A stretch of 64,000 bases of DNA from Acidimicrobiia bacterium (GCA_031362155.1 JANLRZ010000185.1:6282-70281); one strand, 5' to 3'. Shown: positions 1 through 9,772, numbered from the stretch's first letter. Notes: generated from the sequence alone by a model not told the origin. Translations and numbers: made by a program.

Positions 1-875
1 CCGCGGGTGTCGATCGGGGTACCTGGCATCTCGTCGCGGGTCTGCCGCTGGTTGCCCGGGCGGCGGTCGGGGTCCGGCATCCCAAGCAGCGAGTGCCGGG
101 GCGCGACGTTGCGGGAACTGTGGTCGCCGTCGGAGCCGGGGTCACGAGATTCGTACCCGGTGACGAGGTGTTCGGCATCGGGATCGGTACGGTCGCCCAG
201 TACGCCGCCGCGCCCGAAGCGAAACTCGTTGCCCGACCCGAGAACCTCACGGCCGAACACGCTGCCGCGGTTGCGATTTCGGGGATCACCGCGCTCCAGG
301 CGGTGCGGCAGCGGGCACGAGTGGAACCGGGTGAGCACGTTCTCGTGGTCGGCGCGTCCGGTGGCGTCGGCACCTATGCAGTCCAGATCGCCAAGGCGAT
401 CGGTGCGCGCGTCACCGGTGTGGCGAGCGCGGCCAAGGCTGACGTGGTCGGCGCCGCCGGTGCCGACGCCGTGATCGACTATGCGACCGAAGACTTCGCT
501 GACGGACGCGCGCAGTACGACGCGATCATCGACATCGGTGGAGGTCGCCGCCTCGCCGACCTTCGCCGCGCCCTGACGCCCACGGGTCGGCTGGTCATCG
601 TGGGGGCGGAGACGGGAGGTCGGTGGTTCGGCGGGCTCGACCGTCAGCTGCGCGCGCTGATGGTGTCTCCGTTCGTGGGTCAGACGCTCGGAATGGTCTT
701 CCCGGCAGAGTCGGGTTCGAACATCGCGGCGGTCGCAGAGCTGATCGCTGCAGGCGCGGTGACCCCGATCATCGACCGGGTGGTTCCGTTGCGAGATGGC
801 GCCGCGGCGATCCAGGACGTCGGTGACGGACGGGCGCGTGGGAAGGTCGTGGTGAAACTCGATGCCACGTACTGA
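1..875 (+). CDS. NADPH:quinone oxidoreductase-like / zinc-type alcohol dehydrogenase-like protein (MDR superfamily); 5' end lies outside the window
   Basis: Reading frame is open to the window edge (..AGVDRGTWHLVAGLPLVARAAVGVRHPKQ..). GASGGVG nucleotide-binding motif. C-terminal ..GDGRARGKVVVK.. is typical of quinone-reductase-like MDRs. Confidence 0.85.
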   Translation, partial: AGVDRGTWHLVAGLPLVARAAVGVRHPKQRVPGRDVAGTVVAVGAGVTRFVPGDEVFGIGIGTVAQYAAAPEAKLVARPENLTAEHAAAVAISGITALQAVRQRARVEPGEHVLVVGASGGVGTYAVQIAKAIGARVTGVASAAKADVVGAAGADAVIDYATEDFADGRAQYDAIIDIGGGRRLADLRRALTPTGRLVIVGAETGGRWFGGLDRQLRALMVSPFVGQTLGMVFPAESGSNIAAVAELIAAGAVTPIIDRVVPLRDGAAAIQDVGDGRARGKVVVKLDATY

Positions 876-880
876 TCGGA

Positions 881-916
881 CTGGCGTGAGGCCGGGCACT
901 CCGGTCCTCACGCCAG
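881..916. terminator. Bidirectional hairpin between convergent genes
   Basis: Perfect 11-bp inverted repeat CTGGCGTGAGG / CCTCACGCCAG (881-891 and 906-916) with a 14-nt loop, between the stop at 875 (+) and the stop at 924 (-). Confidence 0.6.
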
Positions 917-923
917 CCGGGTC

Positions 924-1478
924 TCAGACCCTGCGGCCCAGGAAGGCGGCCAACTCGTCGGCGTGACTGGCGCCGACGGGAGCGGACTGCTCGGGCCCGA
1001 AGACGGTGCCCTCCTCGGACCGGAATGCCGGTTGGATCGACATCTTGGCGCCGGCCAGCAGCTGGCTGGCGAGTTCCGGCTCGAGGTCGGTGTTCTGGCC
1101 GGTCGCTTTGGCGAGGTCCCAGCCGTGGGTGAACGTGTCGGTGGCGGCCAAGCCGGCCCACGCGGCGCCCGGCATCTGACCGAAGGGGAGCGTGAGCATC
1201 TTCTCCATCACACCATCACCGGCGAAGGCCTGGACGCACCGCGCGGAGGCCGTGTCGAACTCGGCGACGAAGTCTCCGGCGGAGTAGTCGGTCTCGCCCG
1301 CAGGTGGCGTGCCGAGGACTCCGGCCTCGAAGAAGTATTGGCCGCCGACGATGTGGTTGATCAGGTCGCTGACCTTCCAGGTTGCGCACGGGGTCTGCTC
1401 GCCGAGTTGGTCGGCCGAGACGCCGGCCAACACGGAGCGGGTCGAGGCAATGGCTTGGTCGAGTGGTGAATCGGGCAT
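924..1478 (-). CDS. DinB / mycothiol-dependent maleylpyruvate isomerase N-terminal-domain family protein (TIGR03086-like)
   Basis: Internal ATG at 1478 is preceded by GAAGGAG. MPDSPLDQAIASTRSVLAGVSADQLGEQTPCATWKVSDLINHIVGG.. is the typical N-terminus of this actinobacterial family. The longer 295-aa ORF extension is Pro/Ser/Arg-rich junk. Confidence 0.75.
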   Translation of the reverse strand: MPDSPLDQAIASTRSVLAGVSADQLGEQTPCATWKVSDLINHIVGGQYFFEAGVLGTPPAGETDYSAGDFVAEFDTASARCVQAFAGDGVMEKMLTLPFGQMPGAAWAGLAATDTFTHGWDLAKATGQNTDLEPELASQLLAGAKMSIQPAFRSEEGTVFGPEQSAPVGASHADELAAFLGRRV

Positions 1479-1545
1479 GGTGACTCCTTCAGGTTTGGTT
1501 TCAGGCAGGTTGGGTGTTCGGGTCTTGGATTGGTGCGAGGGGGAA

Positions 1546-1839
1546 CTACATGGGCAGGGCTTCGTAGATCCGGACCCTATGGGCGGGGCAGCCGGCGAGC
1601 AGCGCCTCGGCATCGTCGAGGCTCTCGGCGGCGACGATGGTGTAACCGGCCGCGGGGTCGTGAGCAGCCGTGAGCTCGCGCGATCCCGCCGCCGTGAGTT
1701 CGCGCCCGGACCCGAACGGATTGCCGCTGTCGACCAGGTTGGGTCCCACGGCCGTGAACCAGGCCTCCCATTGGGCGTGGACATCGCCTGAGGGTTCGGC
1801 GACGTCGGCAAAGAGATAGACGAACTTCTTCACGATCAC
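1546..1839 (-). CDS. Small YciI-like (dimeric alpha/beta-barrel) protein
   Basis: 97 aa. The C-terminal ..GYTIVAAESLDDAEALLAGCP.. resembles YCII-related domain proteins. A 4-bp overlap with the upstream ArsR gene suggests an operon. Confidence 0.55.
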   Translation of the reverse strand: MIVKKFVYLFADVAEPSGDVHAQWEAWFTAVGPNLVDSGNPFGSGRELTAAGSRELTAAHDPAAGYTIVAAESLDDAEALLAGCPAHRVRIYEALPM

Positions 1840-2189
1840 TCCTGGGTCGATGTCTCGGCGGCGCGTCCGAGTTGGGTGGCGTAGTTCTCGAGCGACTCGT
1901 CCTCAGACCCCCAATAGGCGTGGTACTGGCCGAGCCAGTCTTGGAGTGCACGGAGCGAACTCCGGTCGAGGGTGAGCACGTTGGTGCGGCCGACCTTGCG
2001 CCGTCGGACCATACCGGCGGATTCCAGGATGCCGATGTGCTTGTTGATGGCCGGCAGCGACAAGCCCCGGACGGCGGCGAGCTGGCTGATCGAATAGGGC
2101 TGGAACCCCAGGAGGTAGACGAACGCCCGGCGATGGGGGTTGGCGAGCGCTGCGAACACGCGGTCCAAATCCTTGGGAATGTCAGGCAT
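1836..2189 (-). CDS. ArsR/SmtB-family transcriptional regulator
   Basis: ..FAALANPHRRAFVYLL..YSISQLAAVRGLSLPAINKHIGILESAGMVRRRKVGRTNV.. is a winged-HTH of ArsR type. Confidence 0.85.
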   Translation of the reverse strand: MPDIPKDLDRVFAALANPHRRAFVYLLGFQPYSISQLAAVRGLSLPAINKHIGILESAGMVRRRKVGRTNVLTLDRSSLRALQDWLGQYHAYWGSEDESLENYATQLGRAAETSTQE

Positions 2190-2216
2190 TGAGGCCGGCT
2201 GACGGTCGACGACGAA

Positions 2217-2236
2217 GCTTCACTTCTGGGTGAAGC
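2217..2236. promoter_or_regulatory. Inverted repeat upstream of the arsR-like gene (candidate operator, or terminator of the upstream gene)
   Basis: GCTTCAC-TTCTGG-GTGAAGC, with 7-bp arms, lies 28-47 nt upstream of the ArsR start codon. Confidence 0.3.
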
Positions 2237-2290
2237 ATAGGGGAACGGCCGGGCCGACGCACGATGGCATCCGAAGCGGGCGGGCGATGC

Positions 2291-3283
2291 TCAGGCGGAC
2301 CCCTCGGGGGTGAGTTGGGCATCCCGCTCGGACCACTGGCGATCGAGCCACGCCGGGAACTCATCGCCTCGGGGAATCTCGGGGGCCGCGACTCGAGTGA
2401 TCGACACTCGCACCGGGCCTTCGAGTGGAAGCCGCGTCGCGGCGTCGGCGAGGCGGGCGAGCGCCTCGAAGCCGGTGTGCATGACAAACACCATGTCGGC
2501 GTCCGGCGCGCCGAGACGCAGGGCCGCAGTACCGCCCGGTCGGACGGGAACGAGATGACGGAGCGAGCGAACTCGAGCCCACCGCTCGGGATCCCGTTCG
2601 CCGATCGTCGTCATGGCCCGCTCTCGTCGTGCCGCCGACGCCACTCCGCCTTCGGGGAAGATGACCACGGCGTCGTATTCGGTGAGATCGTCGGTCAGCT
2701 GGCGGATGGCGCGCAGTTCCGGATCGTTGTCGGTGGGGTCGCGATCGACGAAATGATTCGGGAGTCGAGATCCGACGATGTCGAGACAGGGATCGGCGAG
2801 GAGTTCCGACATCAGGACGTATCGCGGTCGCATCCCTACCTGCCCGAGCAACCATGCGGGAATGAGTGAGTCGGCGATGCTCACGTGCCGCGCGCACACG
2901 ACCACCGGGCCTGGAGACAGGTGCTCGAGTCCCGTGATCTGGATGTCGAGGTTCGCCGTGACCTCCAGGAGGTTGACGAGGCGGCGGGCCCACCACCGCT
3001 GGAGCGCATAGTGAAGATCGTGATCGTCGCCCCGTCCGGCGAGCCACAGGGCAGTCGACGCCCCGACGCCGATCGATTCGAGCGACGACCAGCCGAACGC
3101 AGTGGCCAGGGTGCGGAGGCGTCGGAGGTTGCGATCGCCGGCAAGGAGGTCGAGCGCGAAGGCGCCGGGCGCCACCACGCCCGAGGTCGCGCCAAGCACC
3201 GTTGCTGTGAGTCCGACGGCGGGAACGGTCAGTGCCCGGCGGAGGTTCGGTCGTTGGAACCAGCCAGACGTTGTCAGAGCCAC
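2291..3283 (-). CDS. PlsC-family lysophospholipid/glycerol-phosphate acyltransferase
   Basis: HxxxxD motif (ARHVSIADS) and FPEGG motif. GTG start. Confidence 0.75.
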   Translation of the reverse strand: MALTTSGWFQRPNLRRALTVPAVGLTATVLGATSGVVAPGAFALDLLAGDRNLRRLRTLATAFGWSSLESIGVGASTALWLAGRGDDHDLHYALQRWWARRLVNLLEVTANLDIQITGLEHLSPGPVVVCARHVSIADSLIPAWLLGQVGMRPRYVLMSELLADPCLDIVGSRLPNHFVDRDPTDNDPELRAIRQLTDDLTEYDAVVIFPEGGVASAARRERAMTTIGERDPERWARVRSLRHLVPVRPGGTAALRLGAPDADMVFVMHTGFEALARLADAATRLPLEGPVRVSITRVAAPEIPRGDEFPAWLDRQWSERDAQLTPEGSA

Positions 3284-3370
3284 ACCGGCACGTTACCGAC
3301 GCCGACGGTTGTGCGGCCTGCGCAGCGCCCAGGTTCGCCCTCGGTGCCGCCGGTCGACGATCCTGGGGGC

Positions 3371-4744
3371 ATGAGCCGAGCGATGGTGTGGTTCCGGCGG
3401 GACCTCTCCCTGGATGACAACCAGGCCTGGTCGATCGCGACCCAAGCCCATTCCGATGTTGTCCCCGTGGTCGTCCTGGACCCGCGCGTGCTCGTCGGTG
3501 CCGGACCGTTTCGGCGCGCCCAATACCTCGCGTCGGTCAGTGCGCTCAGCCGCGAGATCTCAGATGCGGGCGGCCGATTGACCGTCGCGTCGGGTGATCC
3601 GACGGTGGTCATCCCCGATCTGGCGCGTGAGGTCGGTGCAGATTCGGTCGCGTGGAATCGGGACGTGACCCGATTTGCTCGAGACCGCGACGCCGTGACC
3701 GCCGAGCGGCTGGGTGGTCGGGGAGTTGCCGTCGACGGCTCGTGGTCGACCTTGGTGCATCCGCCCGGCTCGGTGCTGACGACCGCCGGGACGGTGTCGC
3801 GCGTCTTCACTCCGTTTTATCGGCGGTGGTCCGAGCGTCCGCTGGTCGACCGCGCGATGCCGGGCCCGGCGACGATCGGCGCCGTGGAACGGGAGAAGAT
3901 CCCGGCCCATCCGAACCCACCGCATCCGGCCGGTGCGCGTGCTGCGCACGATCGGCTCGACGAGTTTCAGGATCGAGTCGACGAGTACGAAGACACGCGC
4001 GACCGGCCTGATCTCGATCTGACCTCGAGGCTGTCGGCGGATCTGCGCTTCGGCGTGATCTCGCCCCGCGCCGTGATGCGAGCGATCGGCGACGGCACGC
4101 CGGGACGACGCGCGTTCGTTCGGCAACTCGCATGGCGAGATTGGTATGCGCATCTGTGGGCGGCCAACCCGGATCTGGTCGATCGTTGTCAGCAGCCGGT
4201 GTACGAGCAGATCCCCTGGAATGACGACCCGGCCGACCTGGCTGCCTGGATCGACGGGAGCACGGGGTACCCGATCGTCGACGCGGCGATGCGGGAACTG
4301 GCAACGACCGGTTGGATGCACAACCGGTTACGGATGGTCGTCGCATCGTTCCTGGTCAAGGATTTACTGGTCGATTGGCGCCACGGGGAGCGCTATTTCC
4401 GACGCCTGCTCACCGATGGTGACGTGCCTCAGAACGCGGGGAACTGGCAGTGGTGCGCGGGGACGGGTCCCGACGCGGCGCCCTACTTCCGGGTGATGAA
4501 TCCAATCGCCCAGGCCCGTCGCTGGGACCCCGACGGCGACTACGTCCGCCGGTGGGTCCCCGAGCTGGCCGAGATACCGGGGCGGGCCGTCCATGAGCCG
4601 TGGGAACTCGGCCCGTTGGAACTGGCCGCGGCGGGGGTGGTGCTCGGCACGACGTACCCGGAGCCGATCGTCGAACACCGTGCGGCCCGCGCGCGGGCAC
4701 TCGCCGCCTACGGCGCCGCGCGCGCAGGGACCGAGCGGCCCTGA
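3371..4744 (+). CDS. phr: Deoxyribodipyrimidine photolyase (class I CPD photolyase / cryptochrome family)
   Basis: MVWFRRDLSLDDNQAW.. N-terminal photolyase domain. C-terminal FAD domain motifs TGYPIVDAAMREL..GWMHNRLRMVVASFL..DGDVPQNAGNWQW. ATG at 3371 is in frame within the longer 619-aa ORF. Confidence 0.9.
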   Translation: MSRAMVWFRRDLSLDDNQAWSIATQAHSDVVPVVVLDPRVLVGAGPFRRAQYLASVSALSREISDAGGRLTVASGDPTVVIPDLAREVGADSVAWNRDVTRFARDRDAVTAERLGGRGVAVDGSWSTLVHPPGSVLTTAGTVSRVFTPFYRRWSERPLVDRAMPGPATIGAVEREKIPAHPNPPHPAGARAAHDRLDEFQDRVDEYEDTRDRPDLDLTSRLSADLRFGVISPRAVMRAIGDGTPGRRAFVRQLAWRDWYAHLWAANPDLVDRCQQPVYEQIPWNDDPADLAAWIDGSTGYPIVDAAMRELATTGWMHNRLRMVVASFLVKDLLVDWRHGERYFRRLLTDGDVPQNAGNWQWCAGTGPDAAPYFRVMNPIAQARRWDPDGDYVRRWVPELAEIPGRAVHEPWELGPLELAAAGVVLGTTYPEPIVEHRAARARALAAYGAARAGTERP

Positions 4745-6315
4745 TCGCGTAGGTCGATCACAACCTTGGGTCGGGACGAGAGCACGACGTCGAGGCCGAG
4801 CGCATCGGCCGAGCGGGCCCTCGATCGGTTCCACCACGTCGAGTCGACGACGACATACCGCACCCGCTTGCGTCGGAGCTCTGCGACGGTCGCCCGGCTC
4901 GGGAACGATTTCATCCGATTGATGAGTGCTGCGTGGCCGACCGGGAAGAACCCGGTGTACCCGTTGACCAGCGGGTGGCCGTGGTCGAGGCTCTGCAACA
5001 TCGCGCGGGTCGTCGGTTCGAAGTCGAACACGGATGGCCCCGCAGCCATGGGCAGCATGAGCACTCCGTCTCCGGGGTGGCGCGCGAGATAGGTGATCCA
5101 ACGGCGATGCTGCGGTGGAGCCGGGACAATCGGTCCGCTCCCGAGGTCGGTGGTGACCAGGGTTCCCACCACCGCGGCGACTGCGATCACGGGCCCGAGT
5201 CGTGACCTTCGGTGCCAGACCCAATCGAGGGTGTGCGCCCCGAGCGCGACGAGCACCAGCTGGGCGACCGCGGTCGCGCGGTACGGAGAGCGCATCTGCG
5301 CGAAGACTTCGAAACGATCGACGAACCAGGAGTACGGCCGCACGCCGAACACGCTCAACCGCGTCCCGAGCGCGATGAGCGTGGCGATGACCCCGAGCCC
5401 GATGAGGAAGTGGGTGGAACGGCGCCGACGGGCGATGACGGCGCCCAGTACTCCGAGTGTCACGAGGATGGTTCCCGGCCAGTGCCGGCCGCCGGGGGCG
5501 AGTTCGTGCCAGGACGCCGACCCGTTGCGGATCGTGTCGTTGGTCCACTCGATACCGGAGATCCACCGGTGCTGTCCCAGGACGAAGGGCAGTGCCAGCC
5601 CAGCTGCGATCGCCGCGCCGAGCAGGAGCCCCGCGCTCCGTCGACGCCACTCGGACCACCACGAGCGCCGGACGAGCAGGGGCGCGGCGATCAACGTGGC
5701 GAGCGTGAACAGGACCGCGTGATATCCGCACGTGAGGATGGCCGCGGCGAGCGCGGCGCCGATGCCTGCCGCCCATCGCGGTGATGGATCCTCGGCCCAC
5801 GCCAGCAGGCACGTGAGCGCAACCAGGATCGGCCAGAGCATCAGCAGTTGGAGCACGCCGAGCTGCGCGAAGACGAACGGGATGGTCTGGGCGAGGACGC
5901 CGGCGAGGATCGCGGGAATCGCGGCCACCCCGAGCCGGCGGGCCAGGGCGTTCATCGCGATGCCATTGAGGGTGATCGCGCCGATGAGCAGGAGGCCGTA
6001 CGCCACGGTGTCGGGGGTCAGCGACCGCAGGATCCAGAATCCGAAGCCGGTCAGGGGTTGGAGTTCCGATCGGCCGTAGGCGCCGGGGGTCGGCCAGAAG
6101 ATAGGAGCGTCCCACCATCCGGCGAGCGCATGCGGGAGTCGTTCGGCGGTCCACCGCAGACTCCAGAGGTTGAACTCCGGGACGGTGGCGACGCCTTCCC
6201 GACCCAGCGGCAGACCGCGCAGCGTCCACGCGAGTGGTGCGGTCGCGCCGAGGGCGACCAGGAGGTGAATGAGCCAAGTGACCGCGCGTGAACGGAGGGG
6301 GCGGCGCGAATGCAC
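4708..6315 (-). CDS. Polytopic membrane protein, probably a GT-C-type (ArnT/PMT-like) glycosyltransferase
   Basis: 535 aa with about 10 hydrophobic helices followed by a soluble C-terminal domain. General architecture matches GT39/GT83-like enzymes. I could not identify a specific motif. Confidence 0.5.
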   Translation of the reverse strand: MHSRRPLRSRAVTWLIHLLVALGATAPLAWTLRGLPLGREGVATVPEFNLWSLRWTAERLPHALAGWWDAPIFWPTPGAYGRSELQPLTGFGFWILRSLTPDTVAYGLLLIGAITLNGIAMNALARRLGVAAIPAILAGVLAQTIPFVFAQLGVLQLLMLWPILVALTCLLAWAEDPSPRWAAGIGAALAAAILTCGYHAVLFTLATLIAAPLLVRRSWWSEWRRRSAGLLLGAAIAAGLALPFVLGQHRWISGIEWTNDTIRNGSASWHELAPGGRHWPGTILVTLGVLGAVIARRRRSTHFLIGLGVIATLIALGTRLSVFGVRPYSWFVDRFEVFAQMRSPYRATAVAQLVLVALGAHTLDWVWHRRSRLGPVIAVAAVVGTLVTTDLGSGPIVPAPPQHRRWITYLARHPGDGVLMLPMAAGPSVFDFEPTTRAMLQSLDHGHPLVNGYTGFFPVGHAALINRMKSFPSRATVAELRRKRVRYVVVDSTWWNRSRARSADALGLDVVLSSRPKVVIDLRDQGRSVPARAAP

Positions 6316-6416
6316 GTCGGCATGATCGCATCTCGCTCTCAGGGTCGCAGGTCAGACGGTTGCCCGGCCCGCAAGCGATCGCTACCCTCCGCCGGGTCTC
6401 GACCTCCGGAGGACTC

Positions 6417-7091
6417 GTGTGTAATCCAGCCTGCCTCGCCTACGGGCAGGCGCATCTCAACGCTGAAACCCTCCGTGGCCGGCGCGTCATCGAGGTCGGG
6501 TCGCGTAACGTCAACGGGTCACTCCGTTCCTACGTCGAGCAGTACGAGCCCGCCTCGTACCTCGGAGTCGATATCGAAGCCGGACCCGGAGTCGACGAGG
6601 TCTGTGACGCCGAAGATCTCGTCCGCCGTTACGGCACCGAGCAGTTCGACGTCGTGATCTGCACCGAAGTGCTCGAACACGTCCGCGATTGGCGACTGGT
6701 GATCTCGAACCTCAAGCGGTTGTTGGCTGCCGACGGCGTGCTGTTGATCACCACCCGGTCGTTCGGGTTCAAGTACCACGCGTTTCCGTACGACTTCTGG
6801 CGGTACGAGGTCGAGGACATGCGCGCGATCTTCGCCGACCTGACCATCGTCGATCTCGACACCGATCCTGGCGTTCCCGGCGTGTTTCTCACCGCCCGGC
6901 GGCCGACCTCGTTCGTCGAAACCGACACATCGGCAATCTCCCTGTATTCCATGGTCACCCGAGGGCGGATTCGCGAACTCACGTCGGCCCGGTTCGCACG
7001 CTTCGTGAGCCAACGCCGGGCGATGCAGATCGGCGGGCGGATCTTCCCTGACTCGGTGAAAGCGCGCATCAAGTCACTGCTGTCACGCTGA
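6417..7091 (+). CDS. Class I SAM-dependent methyltransferase
   Basis: VIEVGSRNVNG (motif I-like), ..FDVVICTEVLEHV.., ..LLAADGVLLITT... GTG at 6417 follows GGAGGA. The longer ORF from 6288 would overlap the divergent gene. Confidence 0.75.
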   Translation: MCNPACLAYGQAHLNAETLRGRRVIEVGSRNVNGSLRSYVEQYEPASYLGVDIEAGPGVDEVCDAEDLVRRYGTEQFDVVICTEVLEHVRDWRLVISNLKRLLAADGVLLITTRSFGFKYHAFPYDFWRYEVEDMRAIFADLTIVDLDTDPGVPGVFLTARRPTSFVETDTSAISLYSMVTRGRIRELTSARFARFVSQRRAMQIGGRIFPDSVKARIKSLLSR

Positions 7092-7096
7092 GATGA

Positions 7097-8014
7097 TCAT
7101 CGGCTGAGCGGCATCGCCTGAGGGTGATGGTGGTCGCCGTGATGGTGGTGCCCGGCGTCGGGGGTGGGGTGCCGGCTTCTCTGGGTCCGGGTTGCAACCA
7201 CCGTGACGATCCACGTCAGAAACGCCACGGTCACGATGCAGAAGCTCGGGGGGAGGTTGAACATCACGGCGAGGACGAGTCCGAGCCAGACGGCACCGAG
7301 GCTGAAGGTCGTCGCAAGGGTCAGTGTCGCCGCGGGCCGTGCAGTGATCGCAAGTGCTGCTGCCGCGGGCGTGACCACGAGGGCGAAGAGCAGCAATGTC
7401 CCGACCACCGGAACGGCCATCGTGACCGCGAGCGCGAGCAGCACGGTGAACGTCACGCCGAGTGCGCGTACGGCCACGCCTTTGGCCTCGGCCACCTGAG
7501 GATCAATCGATGCGAACAGGAGCGGTCGGCCGATCCCGACGAACGCGAGGAGCAGGAACGCGCTGAAGCCGGCGAAGACCTGAATCTGACTCGTCGAGAT
7601 TGCCAAGAGATTGCCGAACAAGACGTTGGTGACGGTCCGCGTGTTCTCAGTGGCGAGCGAGGCGAACAGCACGCCGAGCCCCGTGGCCAGTGCAAGCACG
7701 GAGCCGGTCGAGACGTCGCGGTTCGCGACCCGTTTCCCGAGGGTGCCGATCGCGAGTCCGCCGGTGATGCAGAACAGCGCGAGTCCCATCGTCACTGGCA
7801 TTCCCACCAAGACGGCGAAGGTCGCGCCCGGAAATCCGATGTGCGCGAGTGCGTGGGCCGCGAACGCGTCTCGACGGATGACGACGAAGTAGCCGACGAT
7901 GCCCGAGACCAGGGCGACGAGGGTCCCGCCCATCAAGGCGTTGCGCATGAAATCGGCCTGGAGAATGTCGAACCAGTTCGACTGGTAGCCGACCTCGGCG
8001 AGGAGGAGCGTCAT
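7097..8014 (-). CDS. znuB: Metal (Zn/Mn-type) ABC transporter permease with a His-rich C-terminal tail
   Basis: ABC-3 family permease pattern (..FMRNALMGG.., ..AHALAHIGFPGA..). The tail is ..HPTPDAGHHHHGDHHHPQ... A 4-bp overlap with the upstream ATPase gene. Confidence 0.85.
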   Translation of the reverse strand: MTLLLAEVGYQSNWFDILQADFMRNALMGGTLVALVSGIVGYFVVIRRDAFAAHALAHIGFPGATFAVLVGMPVTMGLALFCITGGLAIGTLGKRVANRDVSTGSVLALATGLGVLFASLATENTRTVTNVLFGNLLAISTSQIQVFAGFSAFLLLAFVGIGRPLLFASIDPQVAEAKGVAVRALGVTFTVLLALAVTMAVPVVGTLLLFALVVTPAAAALAITARPAATLTLATTFSLGAVWLGLVLAVMFNLPPSFCIVTVAFLTWIVTVVATRTQRSRHPTPDAGHHHHGDHHHPQAMPLSR

Positions 8015-8778
8015 TCGGGCTCACTTCTCGTGAATAGGTCACCTTGGGGCGTGCGGACGACCTTGATCGGCGTGTCGTAGAGATGGGTCAGGAGGTCACT
8101 GTCGACGACGTCGCCGATAGCGCCGTAGTGGGCATGACCGTCGAGCAGATAGATGGCGCCGTCGAGGATCGAGAGCAACGGGTTGAGGTCGTGGACGACG
8201 ATGAGCATCGTGATCGGTCGGGCCGTATGCAGCTCACGCAGCAGTTCCACGATCTGGTGTTGATGGTGGATGTCGAGATTCGCGAGCGGCTCGTCCAGCA
8301 GCAGCAGATCGGGGTCGCCGACCAACGCCTGGGCGATGGCGACCCGTTGCTGTTGACCGCCGGAGAGTTGCGAGAGCCGACGGTCGGCAAGATCGAGGGC
8401 CGAAACGGACGCGAGGGCTGCGTCGACCCGCGCATGATCGTCGGGGGTGCGCCGACCGAGGCCCCAGCGGGTCCCGGTGCGCCCGAGCGCGACCAGGTCA
8501 CGGCACCGGATGGCTTCGCCGATCTCGGCCGCGTAGCCCTGCGGGACGTACCCGATGCGCGGGTCGCCTCGGTGGGGAACCCCACCGAGAACGTTGAGGG
8601 TCCCACCGGCGGGCGGGAGGAGCCCCAGGATCATTTGGAGCAGCGTGGTCTTCCCCGATCCGTTCGGACCGATGGCGGCCACGATCGAACCGGTGGGAAT
8701 CGAGAAGGTTCCGTCGGACCAGATCTCGGTCCCGTTGCGGGCGGCGCGGGCGTCGACGAGTTCCAAGGCTGCCGTCAT
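8011..8778 (-). CDS. znuC: Metal ABC transporter ATP-binding protein
   Basis: Walker A GPNGSGKTT, signature LSGGQQQR, Walker B LLLLDEP. ATG at 8778 forms an ATGA overlap with the stop of the binding-protein gene. Confidence 0.9.
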   Translation of the reverse strand: MTAALELVDARAARNGTEIWSDGTFSIPTGSIVAAIGPNGSGKTTLLQMILGLLPPAGGTLNVLGGVPHRGDPRIGYVPQGYAAEIGEAIRCRDLVALGRTGTRWGLGRRTPDDHARVDAALASVSALDLADRRLSQLSGGQQQRVAIAQALVGDPDLLLLDEPLANLDIHHQHQIVELLRELHTARPITMLIVVHDLNPLLSILDGAIYLLDGHAHYGAIGDVVDSDLLTHLYDTPIKVVRTPQGDLFTRSEPE

Positions 8779-9680
8779 TTCACCAGTGCCTCGTCGAGTC
8801 GGGCGAGTTGGTCGAGTTGCCATGTGGCGAAGCGTGCGGAACGGGCCGGTTGGCTCTCGGTGACCTCGACGACGGGCACGCCGGCGCGGGTCGCGACCTG
8901 GCGCAGCCGTTTCGGGATCGCCCCTTGGGTTTGGGAATTGTCGATCAGGACGTCGATGCCGCCGTCGCGCAGGAGCGATTCGAACTCGGCAAGATCGGCG
9001 GGGCCGGGCTCGGACTCGTTGCTCGCCGCACGCTGGTAGCCGCCGGGCGTGCGGTTGAGGAGACCGAGCGATTCCGCCATCAAATCGAAGACACCTTCGG
9101 TCGCGGCGAATCGTCGTCCCGAATATTTCAGCTTCAGCTCGGCCACGGTCGCGTCGTACTGGCGCAGGGACGCGTTCCATCGGGTCAGCCGGTTCCGGAA
9201 GTAGGTGCGGGCCAACGGGTCGCGGCGAGAGAGTTCGTTGGTGATTGCCGTCGCGACCAGGTGCACATCGCTCGGCCGGTACCACCGGTGCGGGTTGGCC
9301 GCGCCGGGGCGAAGGCCGACGGTGCGACCGACATCGACGACCGTTGGCCGATGGTCAAGGACCGCGAGCGACTGGTCCGTCCAGGCGTCGTAGCCGAGTC
9401 CGTTCTTCACGAGGAGGTCGGCGTCGCTCAGCCGTGCGATGTCGGACGGCGTCGGCTCGAAGTCGTGCGGATCGGCGGTCGTGGTGAGGACGGTCGTGAC
9501 GCGGGCGCAGTCTCCGGCGAGCCGCGTGACCAGCTCACGCCACTGATCGACGCTGACGACGATACGACGGGCCGCCACCGGGCAGGCGCCGACCGGGCTG
9601 CTCGACGGCGCTGATGACGAACACGCACTGAGTGCGACGAGCACACCCACGGTGCTGATTCGTACCGACCAATGCCTCAC
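8775..9680 (-). CDS. znuA: Metal ABC transporter substrate-binding lipoprotein (ZnuA/TroA family)
   Basis: Signal peptide plus lipobox (..VGVLVALSAC). TroA-like body (..DPHDFEPTPSD.., ..NPHRWY..). I prefer GTG 9680 (AGGGGA 6 nt upstream) over ATG 9725, which lies inside the Zur-box palindrome. Confidence 0.85.
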   Translation of the reverse strand: MRHWSVRISTVGVLVALSACSSSAPSSSPVGACPVAARRIVVSVDQWRELVTRLAGDCARVTTVLTTTADPHDFEPTPSDIARLSDADLLVKNGLGYDAWTDQSLAVLDHRPTVVDVGRTVGLRPGAANPHRWYRPSDVHLVATAITNELSRRDPLARTYFRNRLTRWNASLRQYDATVAELKLKYSGRRFAATEGVFDLMAESLGLLNRTPGGYQRAASNESEPGPADLAEFESLLRDGGIDVLIDNSQTQGAIPKRLRQVATRAGVPVVEVTESQPARSARFATWQLDQLARLDEALVK

Positions 9681-9710
9681 GCTGATCCCCTGGTGACCAT
9701 CTGACGATGA

Positions 9711-9729
9711 AAGAATGATAGTCATTCTT
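9711..9729. promoter_or_regulatory. Zur/Fur-type operator in the znuA-zur divergent region
   Basis: Perfect AT-rich palindrome AAGAATGA-TAG-TCATTCTT in an otherwise GC-rich intergenic region, flanked by TGA/TTA. It resembles actinobacterial Zur boxes. Confidence 0.7.
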
Positions 9730-9772
9730 ATTATGCTCGCGCAATGGAACGGCGGGGGGAGGTTGAGGGCTC

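Noticed and set aside
1640-1690. Near-duplicate 24-nt segment encoding ..GRELTAAGSRELTAA.. in the YciI-like gene.
   Set aside because: It is an in-frame micro-duplication within a loop-like region, with no evidence of regulatory or mobile function.
2885-3370. N-terminal 162-aa extension of the photolyase ORF. Similar long extensions occur on the ORFs at 924-1811, 8011-9285, 11432-12004, 16057-17931, 22071-23027, 24516-26237 and 48817-49944.
   Set aside because: The extensions overlap neighbouring well-supported genes on the other strand and are compositionally junk. Internal starts with ribosome-binding sites coincide with the family-typical N-termini.
9723-9725. ATG at 9725 as the start of the ZnuA-like gene (longest ORF).
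   Set aside because: The codon lies inside the Zur-box palindrome and adds a non-signal-peptide extension (MTIILSSSDGHQGIS). GTG 9680 has a Shine-Dalgarno and yields a standard lipoprotein signal.
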